A stretch of 64,000 nucleotides of DNA from Pseudomonadota bacterium (GTDB lineage: Bacteria; Pseudomonadota; Gammaproteobacteria; Steroidobacterales; MnTg04), in assembly GCA_022572885.1 (NCBI GenBank), contig JACZVC010000002.1, positions 63,135-127,134 on the forward strand, given 5' to 3'. The position numbers were made by a program, and so were the translations under genes. Shown here piece after piece: positions 46,722 through 56,653 of this stretch (the stretch's first letter is position 1; each line of letters begins with the position of its first letter). Below the pieces are notes generated by a model. That model was not told where the DNA came from. It did no database searches and saw only the letters and a program-made list of their open reading frames with translations.

Positions 46722-49298
46722 CTAGACTCCCCATTGCTCCTGGCACTCGCGCAGGGCCGCCGCCATTACCGAACCACTTTCAAAGCGCTGATCCGGATCT
46801 TTCGCCAGCGTCTTGCTGACGATATCTTCCAGGCATGCAGGCAAATCCGGCCGCAACGAACATAACGGCGCATGTTCGGCGTTGGCAATCTTGTACATCA
46901 GCCCAGTCATAGAATCCGATTGAAAAGGTAAATGCCCCGTCAGTAACTGATAAAGCGTAACACCAAGCGAAAACAAGTCCGAGTCGCCAGTCACATTTTT
47001 TCCCTCGAGCTGTTCCGGCGACATATAGGACGGAGTTCCCAGAACGATCCCGGTCTTGGTTGCATGAGAATCGGTCAGCCGGGCAATACCAAAATCAGTA
47101 ATCTTCAGCTCGTCCTTGTCAGCAAGATACATGATATTGGCCGGTTTTATATCACGATGCACCACATTTTGTTGATGGGCATAATCCAGCGCGTCGGCCG
47201 CGCGCGCGATAAGCTGCATGACTTTCTCGACAGGTAGCAGATTGCCTGGCTTCACATAATTGTTCAGGTGCTCGCCCTTGAGAAACTCCATCGCGATATA
47301 GGCCAGATCGTGATCCTCGCCGACATCGTAAATAGTAACAATATCCGGGTGATTCAAACGCCCCGCGGTCTCGGCCTCGCGAAAGAATCGCTCCTTGGCG
47401 CTGGAGAGTTCCTGTTCCTCGAATTCGTCAGCCAGGGGGATTGTTTTTATCGCTACGACACGGTTTATTTTCGGGTCGCGGCCAAGGTAAACGACGCCCA
47501 TAGAACCTTTGCCGATTTCCTTTTCAATCTGGTAGCGGCCGAGTACCGGTTTTTGGACGCCCGAGCCTTCGAGTAGCAGCGAAGTGTTTGAGGCGCCTCT
47601 GCCTATCCCCAGGAGCATGGTTTCTTCCAGTTTCTGCGATCGCTGCAGGCGATCACGAATATCGTTGTAGTCGATGTCACGTTCGGCCATGTGGCCATAA
47701 ACAGCGCCGGCCTTGTTGAATTGCCTTTTGCGCTCGAAATCCAGCCCCAGGTTGTACAGCAGATCCATCATCGAATCGTCGAGCGGGCAACGGCGGAATT
47801 TTTCGAACGCCATGTCCAATTGCCCCTGGCCCTGGAACGCCAGGCCCAGCATCTTGTTGCTTTCTGCGCCTTCAGCGTCCGCGCGGAATCTCAGATGTTC
47901 GGTAATTCTGAAATTGCGAACCGTCATGACGAGATGACCGGTGACGAGCAGCAAGGCGGGAACCCCCAATCTTAGCCATTCCGCGTCCAGTATCAGCAAA
48001 CTGTATTCGCTGGCCATCAGGATCATGACCAGCAGGAAACTGATTAACGCGGCGCTGCCTGCCCTTAGCCTCGGCAGGACCGCGCACAGATAGATCGCGA
48101 TCAGGACGATGGCTGCAAACTCCATGATCCAGGCCCAGCCCGGTCTGACCACAAAATTTTGCTGCAGAATACTGGATACTGTATGCGCCAGAATCAGGAT
48201 GGGCGCCGTACTGGCATCGATCGGCGTGGCCTGAAAATCCCCGATTCCCACCGCCGTCGGTCCGATCAATACGATTTTGCCCTGGAATTTGTCCGCCGGA
48301 ATAACACCGGTCCATACATCGTAAAAAGAATCGACGCTGAACGCCGGCTGCGAGCCTTTATGCGGGTAAAAAAAGTTCAGCATGCTGAAGTCAGGCATGG
48401 TCCCGATGTACAGGCCGCCGAAGCTTACGTCGCCACCTGTATGCACCTGGATGTCGCTGTGGTCAAGATTCAAACTCTGCGTGGCGATGCTAAGTGCCAG
48501 TGAAGGATAGAGTTGACCAAAATAGTTGATCACCAGCGCTTCGGAGCGCAGCCGGCCGTCGCGGTCGAGATTGAGATTCAGATGACCAATGGCCATGGCT
48601 GCGTCGCCCAGTTCGGCAATAGGCGGTATCAACTTTGCCGCCGGCATGCCGCCAAGCTGACCGGCATCGCGCCCGCTACCGGATAGCGCGTGTTTACTGA
48701 CATATTCCGCTGTCGGCGCATCGGGGTTGCCCAGCCACGTGCCCAGGTGAAACTCCATGGGCAGGATGACGTTGCCGGCCCGGCGGATGCTGTCTGCCAG
48801 CTTCTGGTCGTAATCGATATCCACGATGGACTGCTTGAGGCGAGCGCGCAGTGCGGCCAGGGCGATGCTCAGATCCGAACTGGCGGCAGTGGTTTGCTGC
48901 TGCGATTCGAGCTCGTCGATCAGGTTTTGCAGCTGATTGAGCTGCTCGAGGCCCGGATCGAGCTGCCGCTCGGACATCAAAATGGTGCTGGCGACCACCC
49001 GTGCCTTGGCATCGCCCAGGCGATCGATAAGGCCCGCCAAAATATCGCGGGACCACGGCCAGCGCCCGATATTTTGAATGCTGCGGTCATCGATCGCGAT
49101 GACTGCGACCCGGTCGCTGGGCTCGGCCTGGGTCAGCAAAATCCCGCGGTCGTATATCGATGTTTCCAGGCCATAGAAAAACCCGGCGGCCAGCCAGTAC
49201 CCGAACAGGCAGAATATGACGGTAAACCCGAGACCGGTCACCCAGTTCGCACGCCAGTTATTTCCATTTTTCCCCGGCATAGCATTCCTTGCGGCCAA
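46722..49298 (-). CDS. CHASE2 sensor domain - TM cluster - Hanks-type Ser/Thr kinase
   Basis: The N-terminal CHASE2-like region reads VAVIAIDDRSIQNIGRWPWSRDILAGLIDRL. Three or four TM helices follow. The kinase motifs are GKGSMGVVYLG, VAIKTI, HRDIKPANIM, DFGIAR and GTPSYMSPEQ. An alternative ATG exists at 49280. Confidence 0.88.
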   Translation of the reverse strand: MAARNAMPGKNGNNWRANWVTGLGFTVIFCLFGYWLAAGFFYGLETSIYDRGILLTQAEPSDRVAVIAIDDRSIQNIGRWPWSRDILAGLIDRLGDAKARVVASTILMSERQLDPGLEQLNQLQNLIDELESQQQTTAASSDLSIALAALRARLKQSIVDIDYDQKLADSIRRAGNVILPMEFHLGTWLGNPDAPTAEYVSKHALSGSGRDAGQLGGMPAAKLIPPIAELGDAAMAIGHLNLNLDRDGRLRSEALVINYFGQLYPSLALSIATQSLNLDHSDIQVHTGGDVSFGGLYIGTMPDFSMLNFFYPHKGSQPAFSVDSFYDVWTGVIPADKFQGKIVLIGPTAVGIGDFQATPIDASTAPILILAHTVSSILQQNFVVRPGWAWIMEFAAIVLIAIYLCAVLPRLRAGSAALISFLLVMILMASEYSLLILDAEWLRLGVPALLLVTGHLVMTVRNFRITEHLRFRADAEGAESNKMLGLAFQGQGQLDMAFEKFRRCPLDDSMMDLLYNLGLDFERKRQFNKAGAVYGHMAERDIDYNDIRDRLQRSQKLEETMLLGIGRGASNTSLLLEGSGVQKPVLGRYQIEKEIGKGSMGVVYLGRDPKINRVVAIKTIPLADEFEEQELSSAKERFFREAETAGRLNHPDIVTIYDVGEDHDLAYIAMEFLKGEHLNNYVKPGNLLPVEKVMQLIARAADALDYAHQQNVVHRDIKPANIMYLADKDELKITDFGIARLTDSHATKTGIVLGTPSYMSPEQLEGKNVTGDSDLFSLGVTLYQLLTGHLPFQSDSMTGLMYKIANAEHAPLCSLRPDLPACLEDIVSKTLAKDPDQRFESGSVMAAALRECQEQWGV

Positions 49299-49398
49299 GT
49301 CGCGAGCAGTATAAGCAGCTTTTTGTCGGTTTTCGACTGTCAGTGAATATTTGCCCGCATGCTAATATCGTCTTCAGGTAGCCGATACAGGGCCGGAA

Positions 49399-50760
49399 AT
49401 GGCAAAAACACGCCTGGTATATGTTTGCAGCGCCTGTGGCGGGCAATGTCCGAAATGGGCCGGTCAGTGCCCGGATTGCGGCACCTGGAATTCACTCGAC
49501 GAGGCCAAAGCAATCGCCAAAGTTTCCCGCCTGCCGGGTTATGCCGGAGAGATCGGCCTGGAGTCGCTGGCGGAGACGGCTGCCAAAGAAGAGCCGCGGA
49601 TCAGCACCGGCATGAGGGAATTCGACCGGGTCCTGGGCGGTGGAGTCGTCCATGGATCGGTAACGCTGATCGGCGGCGATCCGGGGATAGGAAAATCCAC
49701 GCTGCTGTTGCAAATGATGGCCAACCTGAGCGCCAGGCTGCCCTGTCTTTACGTGACCGGCGAGGAATCGGTGCGCCAGGTTGGTATGCGCGCCAGGCGC
49801 TTAGGCCTGCAGGCCAGCGAGATGAGTCTGCTGGCGGATACCAGCCTGGAAAATCTGCTCGGCCATGCTGTGCGAACCCAGCCCGGTGCGCTGGTGGTCG
49901 ATTCCATACAGACGCTGGTGTCGGCAGACCTGCCGTCGGCCCCAGGCTCGGTTGCGCAGATCAGACACTGCGGCGCGCAACTTGTCCGCTATGCCAAGCA
50001 AAGCGATTGCGCCGTATTCCTGGTAGGCCACGTGACCAAGGAAGGCAACATCGCCGGACCCAGGGTGCTCGAGCACATGGTGGATGCCGTGTTGTATTTT
50101 GAAAATGAACCCGGCAGCCGGTTCCGGCTGATTCGCGCGGTAAAGAATCGCTTCGGTACAGCTAATGAACTGGGTGTTTTCGCGATGAGCGCGGATGGCT
50201 TGAAAGAGGTGCTGAATCCATCGGCGATGTTTGTCTCGCGCCACGATGACCCGGTCGCAGGCAGCGTCGTTATGGTGACCCGCGAGGGTAGCCGGCCACT
50301 GTTGCTGGAAATTCAGGTGCTGGTGGATATTTGCCAGGGGAACTATCCGCGGCGTGTCAGCGTTGGCCTGGAGCAAAATCGCCTGGCGTTGTTGCTGGCG
50401 GTTCTGCATCGGCACGCGGGCATAAATGCCAGCGATCAGGATGTTTTTGTAAACGTCGTCGGCGGTGTGCGCGTCGCTGAAACAGCGGCGGACCTGGCGA
50501 TATTGCTCGCCGCCGTATCGAGTATCCATGACCGGCCGCTGCCATCCGACCTGGTCTGTTTCGGCGAGGTCGGGCTGGCCGGCGAGGTCAGGCCGGTCGC
50601 CTATGGTGAAGAAAGGCTTGCCGAGGCGGCCAAACACGGTTTCCGGCGTGCCATTGTGCCGCAAAAAAATGCGCCGAAAAAGCCGGTCAAGGGCATGGAA
50701 ATCATGCCCGTCAACCGCCTTTCGCAGGCGATCAGTATGGCCTTGGGAGGACTAAGTTAA
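49399..50760 (+). CDS. radA: DNA repair protein RadA/Sms
   Basis: Zn-ribbon CSACGGQCPKWAGQCPDCGTWNS, Walker A GGDPGIGKSTLLLQ, KNRFG, and a Lon-like C-terminus. Confidence 0.96.
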   Translation: MAKTRLVYVCSACGGQCPKWAGQCPDCGTWNSLDEAKAIAKVSRLPGYAGEIGLESLAETAAKEEPRISTGMREFDRVLGGGVVHGSVTLIGGDPGIGKSTLLLQMMANLSARLPCLYVTGEESVRQVGMRARRLGLQASEMSLLADTSLENLLGHAVRTQPGALVVDSIQTLVSADLPSAPGSVAQIRHCGAQLVRYAKQSDCAVFLVGHVTKEGNIAGPRVLEHMVDAVLYFENEPGSRFRLIRAVKNRFGTANELGVFAMSADGLKEVLNPSAMFVSRHDDPVAGSVVMVTREGSRPLLLEIQVLVDICQGNYPRRVSVGLEQNRLALLLAVLHRHAGINASDQDVFVNVVGGVRVAETAADLAILLAAVSSIHDRPLPSDLVCFGEVGLAGEVRPVAYGEERLAEAAKHGFRRAIVPQKNAPKKPVKGMEIMPVNRLSQAISMALGGLS

Positions 50761-50768
50761 CCGCCCGA

Positions 50769-50789
50769 CCTGAAACCTCAGGAGTTTTT
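50769..50789 (+). terminator. Weak candidate terminator after radA
   Basis: CCTGA-aacc-TCAGG forms a 5-bp stem followed by AGTTTTTG. It overlaps the stop codon of the convergent CNNM gene. The stem is short, so confidence is low. Confidence 0.25.
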
Positions 50790-52043
50790 GCGCGGATGTA
50801 TGCGCACGGTCTTGACGATGTTGTCGGTCACATTCAGGATTTCAATCGGGTAGCCGGAAAGTTTCAGACCCGTTCCCGGCTCCGGAATGGATTCAAGATA
50901 ATTCACGATCAGGCCGTTCAGCGTTTTTGCGCCATCGACGGGCAGTTCCCAACCCATCGTACGGTTCAGGTCGCGTATGTTGGCGCTCCCGTTGACGACA
51001 AATGTACCGTCCCGTTGCGGGTGTACATCACGCGCCAGGTCGGCCGGGTCGCTGGTAAAATCGCCGACAATTTCTTCGAGGATGTCTTCCAGCGTGACCA
51101 GCCCCTGGATATCGCCATATTCATCGACCACCAGCGCCAGCCGCTGCTTTTCATTCTGGAAATGAAACAGTTGCCGGTTTAACGACGTCCCTTCGTGTAC
51201 GAAGTACGGTTCTTTCAAGCTTCTGGCCAGTGCGTCCCGTTCAAGCCGCCCGTGTGCCAGGTCCCTGACCACTGAGCGCAAATGCACAACGCCCTGTAGA
51301 TTATCCAGTTCATCGGAGAAAACCGGCAGCCTGGTGTATTGCGTGTTCTGTATCTGCTGCAGAATGTCCTCCCAGTCCTGTGCGAGATCGATGCCAACGA
51401 CATCCGCGCGTGGCACCATGACATCTTCGACGGTGATGTTTTCGAGATCCAGGATACGGGTCATCATTTGTTGTCTTTTCCTGGGGATGCGTGTGCCCGG
51501 GTCGGTCAGGACCGCTCTCAGTTCTTCCTTGGTCACATGGTGCTGGTACCCGTCCTGATCGCGAATCCCGATCAGCCAGAGCAGGCCGTTGGAAATACCG
51601 CTGAGCATCCAGATAATCGGGTAAGTTATCTTGAGCAAAGGGTAATAAATGAAGGCCGCCGGATAAGCGATCTTTTCCGGGTTCCTCGCCGCGGCGGTCT
51701 TGGGCATCACCTCGGCGAAAATCAGAATGATTACCGTAAGACCCAGTGCCGCCACAGCGACGGAATGTTCTCCCCATTGACGAATAGCGATCAGCGTCGT
51801 CAGCGAGGCCGCGAGTATGTGGGTCAGGTTATTACCCAGCAGGATGAGACCAATGATGCGATCCGGCCTTTTCAGCAAAGCCTCGGCAAGCTGCGCGCCG
51901 CGATGCCCGGAGCGCGCGCGATGACGAAGCCGGTAGCGGTTGATGCTCATCAGCGCGGTCTCGGAGCTGGAAAAAAACGCTGAGAGTATAAGCAGCGCGA
52001 TCAGGATTCCGATCTGGGCGCCTAAAGAGAAATCATCGCTCAA
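50778..52043 (-). CDS. CNNM/HlyC/CorC-family transporter (DUF21 + CBS pair + CorC_HlyC)
   Basis: N-terminal 4-TM DUF21, a CBS pair (VEDVMVPR..., ...ALVVDEYGDIQGLVTLEDILEEIVG) and a CorC C-terminal domain. It neighbours ypjD/ffh, as in E. coli (yfjD). Confidence 0.88.
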   Translation of the reverse strand: MSDDFSLGAQIGILIALLILSAFFSSSETALMSINRYRLRHRARSGHRGAQLAEALLKRPDRIIGLILLGNNLTHILAASLTTLIAIRQWGEHSVAVAALGLTVIILIFAEVMPKTAAARNPEKIAYPAAFIYYPLLKITYPIIWMLSGISNGLLWLIGIRDQDGYQHHVTKEELRAVLTDPGTRIPRKRQQMMTRILDLENITVEDVMVPRADVVGIDLAQDWEDILQQIQNTQYTRLPVFSDELDNLQGVVHLRSVVRDLAHGRLERDALARSLKEPYFVHEGTSLNRQLFHFQNEKQRLALVVDEYGDIQGLVTLEDILEEIVGDFTSDPADLARDVHPQRDGTFVVNGSANIRDLNRTMGWELPVDGAKTLNGLIVNYLESIPEPGTGLKLSGYPIEILNVTDNIVKTVRIHPRKNS

Positions 52044-52125
52044 CGAGTGAGCACCTCCCGTGGTTGCGACTTACCCGCATATTTCACCAGTCTGCCTCCG
52101 GTCGTCAAGATTCCGCGCTGCCGGC

Positions 52126-52968
52126 TCAAAAAATCCCTGCGCCCCAATGTCGATCCAGCAGCAGTTCGAGTACGATTTTGCTGCCAAAATAGGCCAGCGC
52201 GAGGATCACGAAGCCACCGAGTACCCAGCGCAATGCTGTCCTGCCGCGCCAGCCGAAGCGCCAGCGCCCGAGGGCGATCGTGCCGAACACGGCCCAGCTG
52301 AGCAAAGACAGGATGGTTTTGTGGGCCAGGTGCTGGGCGAACAGATTGTCCACGAATATCAGCCCGCTGAAGACCGCCAGGGTCAGACCGATGAAACCGA
52401 TGTTGATGGCGCCGAACATCATGCCTTCCATCGTGTCCATGGCCGGGAGACGCCTTAGCCAGCCTATGGGTTTGTGGCTGCGCAGACGGTTATCCTGGAT
52501 GGCGAGCAACACGGCCAGCGCGGCCGCAATGCTGAGCAGGCTGTAGGCTGCCACGGACAACAGGATATGCGCTTTTAACGGCCACCCCAGCCCGGGATTG
52601 CTGTAACCGGGTCCGCCGAGCCCGGTAAGGACTACGGCCAGGCCGCCAAGACCCACCAGCATGACCGCCAGACCCTGGTTCGCGGGTCTGATCAGAAAAA
52701 CCAGGCCCATACCGGCGATCATCCAGCCTACAAATGACATGGCGGAGCCGGTGTTCAACGCCAGCCCCGGCATGGCCAGAACGACCATGTACAAAACCCA
52801 GCCATGGAGTGCCCAGCCAATGATTCCCGCAGCCACGCCGATGGCCCGGCTGGCCGGGAACTGCCCGGCAAACCGACCGCTTAGCAGCAGGACGCAGACC
52901 AGGTAAGCAATAAAGCTGGTGGCAATTATCACGGGCAACAGTTGCTTGGTTTCGGTTTGACGCGGCAA
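52126..52968 (-). CDS. Cytochrome c assembly (CcsA)-like inner-membrane protein, YpjD-like
   Basis: Eight-TM-like profile. Divergent from ffh, as ypjD is in enterobacteria. Confidence 0.75.
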   Translation of the reverse strand: MPRQTETKQLLPVIIATSFIAYLVCVLLLSGRFAGQFPASRAIGVAAGIIGWALHGWVLYMVVLAMPGLALNTGSAMSFVGWMIAGMGLVFLIRPANQGLAVMLVGLGGLAVVLTGLGGPGYSNPGLGWPLKAHILLSVAAYSLLSIAAALAVLLAIQDNRLRSHKPIGWLRRLPAMDTMEGMMFGAINIGFIGLTLAVFSGLIFVDNLFAQHLAHKTILSLLSWAVFGTIALGRWRFGWRGRTALRWVLGGFVILALAYFGSKIVLELLLDRHWGAGIF

Positions 52969-53064
52969 ATAGTCTCACACGAGCCCGGGTATGAGAAGCG
53001 CTTGCTTGCCGGCATATGCCAGTTAAACTGCCACCCTCCAAGTGAGCAAAGCAGTGGAGTCAGG

Positions 53065-54425
53065 ATGTTTGGCAGTCTCAGCGAACGACTCGTCCAGGCC
53101 ACTCGTAACCTGAGTGGCCGCGGCCGCCTAAGTGAAGATAATATCAAGGACAGCCTGCGCCAGCTCAGGATGGCCCTGCTGGAAGCCGATGTCGCGTTAC
53201 CGGTGGTGCGGGATTTCGTAGCGCAGGTAAAAGAACGTGCCATCGGCGAGGAAGTCAGTCGCAGCCTGAGTCCGGGCCAGGCGCTGGTCAAGATAATCCA
53301 CGCCGAACTGGTCAGCATGATGGGTCCGCAAGATGCGGTGCTGAATCTCCAGTGCCAGCCGCCCGCTGTGGTGCTGCTGGCGGGCTTGCAGGGCGCAGGC
53401 AAGACGACGACTGCGGCCAAACTCGCCTTGCGTCTGCAGGAGCGTGACGGGCGCAAAGTCATGCTGGCCAGCACCGATATTTACCGTCCCGCTGCCGTTT
53501 TGCAGCTCGAAAAACTGGCGCACGAGACCGGCGCGGGATTTTTCCCCGTGGTGGCCGAGCAGGATCCTCGGGAGATTGCGCTGCAAGCGCTGGCCGCAGC
53601 GCGCGTTGGCCAATATGACGTGCTGTTGCTGGACACAGCGGGGCGATCGCATATCGACCAGGACATGATGGAAGAATTGCGGGCAATCCACCAGGCGGTT
53701 ACACCGGCGGAGACTTTGTTCGTTATCGATGCCATGGCCGGTCAGGACGCGATCAATGCCGCACGCGCTTTTTCGGAAACTGTGCCGCTGACTGGCGTAG
53801 TGCTGAGCAAAACCGATGGCGATGCCCGTGGCGGCGCTGCATTGTCGGTCCGTGTAGTGACCGGTGCGCCGATCAAGTTTCTTGGTACCGGTGAGAAAAC
53901 CGACGCGCTGGAAGCGTTTCACCCGGATCGGGTTGCCTCGCGAATACTCGGGATGGGCGATGTGCTGAGCCTGGTCGAGGAAGTCGAGCAAAAGCTCGAC
54001 CGCAAAAAATCCGAGAAATTGGCCCGGAAACTGCGCAAAGGACGGGATTTCGATTTGGCGGACCTGCGCAGCCAGCTCGAACAAATGCTCGATATGGGCG
54101 GCCTGGGCGCTTTGCTTGAAAAATTGCCGGCGGCATGGGGTTGCCTCAGAGGCTCGCCGGGGACGCCGATGAGGGCATGATCCGTCGCCAGATCGCTATC
54201 ATCGATTCCATGACGCCGGCCGAAAGGCGTTTTCCCAAGACCATCAACGGATCTAGGAGACGGCGGATTGCCGCCGGATCGGGGACCGAGGTCCAGACCG
54301 TCAACCGCCTGCTAAAACAGCAGCTGCAAATGCAGAAAATGATGAAACGAATGAAAAAAGGCGGTGTGGGTCAACTTTTTCAGGGGATGGGCGGGCCATC
54401 TGGCCCGTTTGGCGGGCGTCAATAA
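53065..54425 (+). pseudogene. ffh: Signal recognition particle protein Ffh; reading frame interrupted near 54130 (frameshift or sequence error)
   Basis: Part 1 (53065-54180) covers MFGSLSERL... and the NG domain with GLQGAGKTTTAAKLA and DTAGR. It ends ...[14 protein letters not shown] and then runs out of frame to a stop. Part 2 (frame 0, from 54135) reads [32 protein letters not shown]...[23 protein letters not shown], which is the remainder of the M domain. One extra G at GCGGC (54129-54133) would fuse them as ...EKLPAGMGLPQ.... Confidence 0.85.
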
Positions 54426-54613
54426 TATCCGAAATACGATGCTCAAAAAGCCAGGAAATGCTTCACTTTCCGTCGAAATGCGGTAAAATTCGGCGTTTGA
54501 CTTTGGCCGCCTTCAGGTAGTCGAGGGGTTTGCCGTGTCCGGGTGCCCGAAATGGCATGCTCGGCGGCAGAGCCCGTGCCAGGCGGCTTTTATTATGCAG
54601 AGGACCAGCCTTT

Positions 54614-54865
54614 ATGGTGACTATACGTCTTTCCAGGGGAGGAGCGAAAAAGCGGCCTTTCTACCACATCGTCGTGACCGACAGCCGTAACCGGCGCGAT
54701 GGCCGTTACATCGAACGATTAGGATTCTTCAATCCGGTTGCAACCGGTGGCGAAGAGAAGTTGCGCATCGACGTAGCACGGGTAGAGCACTGGGTTGGCC
54801 AAGGCGCCAGGCCGTCCGATCGGGTCAGCGCCTTACTCAAGAATTACCAGGCTGAGTCTGCGTAA
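54614..54865 (+). CDS. rpsP: 30S ribosomal protein S16
   Basis: [41 protein letters not shown]. The ATG at 54614 is preferred over the ORF start at 54530. Confidence 0.96.
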   Translation: MVTIRLSRGGAKKRPFYHIVVTDSRNRRDGRYIERLGFFNPVATGGEEKLRIDVARVEHWVGQGARPSDRVSALLKNYQAESA

Positions 54866-54876
54866 GGACGGTCGTC

Positions 54877-55389
54877 GTGGCGGGCAATGACGCGCGTCGG
54901 GTGGAGCTTGGCAGAATTGTCGGACACTTCGGTGTACAAGGCTGGGTCAGGGTAAAGTCTTATACCCGGCCTGTTGAGAATATCCTGGCATATCGACAGT
55001 GGCGGCTGGCGGACGAGAAAGATAGCGTGGACGTTCGCCTGATGGAGGGGCGACCCCATGGCCGGGGACTGGTTGCAAGGCTGCAGCATTTTGACAGTCG
55101 CGACCTTGCGAACGAACTGATCGGGAAAACCGTTTCGGTGGCTCGCAGTGAGTTGCCGGCGCAGGACAGCGGCAGCTACTACTGGATGGATCTCGAGGGG
55201 CTCGAAGTGGTCACCGAGAGCGGGCAAATTCTGGGCAAGGTTGATTATTTGCTAGAGACCGGCGCAAATGATGTGCTGGTGGTTGCCGGGGATGTCGAGC
55301 GGCTGGTGCCGTTTGTCGTTGGAGAATATATCAAGGCGGTGGACCTGGATGCTGGTGTGATCACCGTAGACTGGGATCCGGAATTTTGA
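54877..55389 (+). CDS. rimM: 16S rRNA processing protein RimM
   Basis: GTG start. The protein has the expected size and a RimM-like N-terminal sequence (ELGRIVGHFGVQGWVRVKSYT). Sits in the rpsP-rimM-trmD-rplS order. Confidence 0.9.
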   Translation: MAGNDARRVELGRIVGHFGVQGWVRVKSYTRPVENILAYRQWRLADEKDSVDVRLMEGRPHGRGLVARLQHFDSRDLANELIGKTVSVARSELPAQDSGSYYWMDLEGLEVVTESGQILGKVDYLLETGANDVLVVAGDVERLVPFVVGEYIKAVDLDAGVITVDWDPEF

Positions 55390-55397
55390 GGTGACCC

Positions 55398-56153
55398 ATG
55401 CATATCCATATCGTCACTTTGTTTCCGGAACTGATCAGCGGTGCGTTGGGCTACGGCGTACTCGGACGCGCGATTGAAAGGGAACTGCTTGAGGTTGCGG
55501 TGAGCAACCCCAGGGACCTGGCGGAAGACCGGCATGCGACGGTCGACGACCGGCCATATGGCGGCGGACCCGGCATGGTGCTCAAGGTGGAGCCGACCAG
55601 GACCTGTCTGCGCCAAGCCAGGGCTGTGCTGCCGGATGGCAGCCGGAGCATTTATTTGAGCGCCCAGGGGGCGCCGCTGGATCATGCGAAAGTGCGTGAA
55701 CTGGCAAAGTTGCCGGGGCTTTTGTTGCTGGCTGGCCGCTATGAGGGCGTAGACGAGCGGTTGGTTGAGGGCGAGATCGACGAGGAACTGTCCATTGGTG
55801 ATTACGTAGTCAGTGGCGGGGAATTTCCGGCGCTGGTGGTAATGGACGCGGTTGCCAGGCTGCTGCCCGGCGTTCTGGGTGACGAGTTGTCAGCCGAACA
55901 GGATAGTTTTGTCGATGGCCTGCTCGATTGTCCGCATTACACGCGGCCGGAAACAGTAAACGCCGAAAGCGTGCCCGATGTTTTGTTGTCGGGTAATCAT
56001 CAGGAAATCAGGCGCTGGCGCCGCAAGCAGGCGCTGGGCCGGACCTGGATGCGGAGACCCGACCTGATCGAAAAACTGATATTGTCGGATGAACAACAGG
56101 AACTGCTGAGCGAGTTCGTGGCCGAGCAGAAGACCCGGCCGGCTAATGGCTGA
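55398..56153 (+). CDS. trmD: tRNA (guanine37-N1)-methyltransferase TrmD
   Basis: [36 protein letters not shown], and [11 protein letters not shown]. Confidence 0.96.
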   Translation: MHIHIVTLFPELISGALGYGVLGRAIERELLEVAVSNPRDLAEDRHATVDDRPYGGGPGMVLKVEPTRTCLRQARAVLPDGSRSIYLSAQGAPLDHAKVRELAKLPGLLLLAGRYEGVDERLVEGEIDEELSIGDYVVSGGEFPALVVMDAVARLLPGVLGDELSAEQDSFVDGLLDCPHYTRPETVNAESVPDVLLSGNHQEIRRWRRKQALGRTWMRRPDLIEKLILSDEQQELLSEFVAEQKTRPANG

Positions 56154-56203
56154 GACAATTTATTTTTGCATGTAAAAGGATTGCCCGCGGGCAGGTGACA
56201 GCG

Positions 56204-56548
56204 ATGAGTAAAATTATAGAAGCATTGGAAAAGGAACAAATGAATCGCGAACTTCCGGAATTTAATCCCGGTGATACAGTCGTGGTCCAGGTCAAGGTAA
56301 AAGAAGGCAGCCGGGAGCGCTTGCAGGCTTATGAGGGGGTTGTGATCGCCAAGAAAAACCGCGGTCTTAATTCGTCCTTTACCGTGCGCAAGATTTCTCA
56401 CGGCGAGGGAGTGGAGCGAGTGTTTCAGACCTACAGTCCCACGGTGGCTTCAGTCACCGTAAAACGCCGAGGCGATGTGCGCCGGGCCAAGCTGTACTAT
56501 CTGCGTGACCGTACCGGTAAGGCCGCGAGAATCAAGGAAAAAATCTGA
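56204..56548 (+). CDS. rplS: 50S ribosomal protein L19
   Basis: [13 protein letters not shown]...[37 protein letters not shown]. Confidence 0.96.
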   Translation: MSKIIEALEKEQMNRELPEFNPGDTVVVQVKVKEGSRERLQAYEGVVIAKKNRGLNSSFTVRKISHGEGVERVFQTYSPTVASVTVKRRGDVRRAKLYYLRDRTGKAARIKEKI

Positions 56549-56584
56549 CGCCGTAGGCCCGTTGGCTAATCAGCTATAATCAGG

Positions 56585-56611
56585 GCGGCTGCAATGCAGT
56601 CGCTCTTTTTT
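56585..56611 (+). terminator. Rho-independent terminator of the rpsP-rimM-trmD-rplS operon
   Basis: GCGGCTGC-aat-GCAGTCGC forms an 8-bp stem (one G-T pair) followed by TCTTTTTT. It starts 37 nt after the rplS stop. Confidence 0.65.
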
Positions 56612-56653
56612 GCATTCCAAACCAGGGAATCCAGCGGGAGAAGCACCTGAATC

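Noticed and set aside
54426-54613. Possible sigma-70 promoter (TTCACT-16 nt-TAAAAT at 54462-54489) and structured leader upstream of rpsP
   Set aside because: The hexamers are plausible but unverified. I could not define a convincing conserved RNA structure by eye, so it is not reported as a feature.
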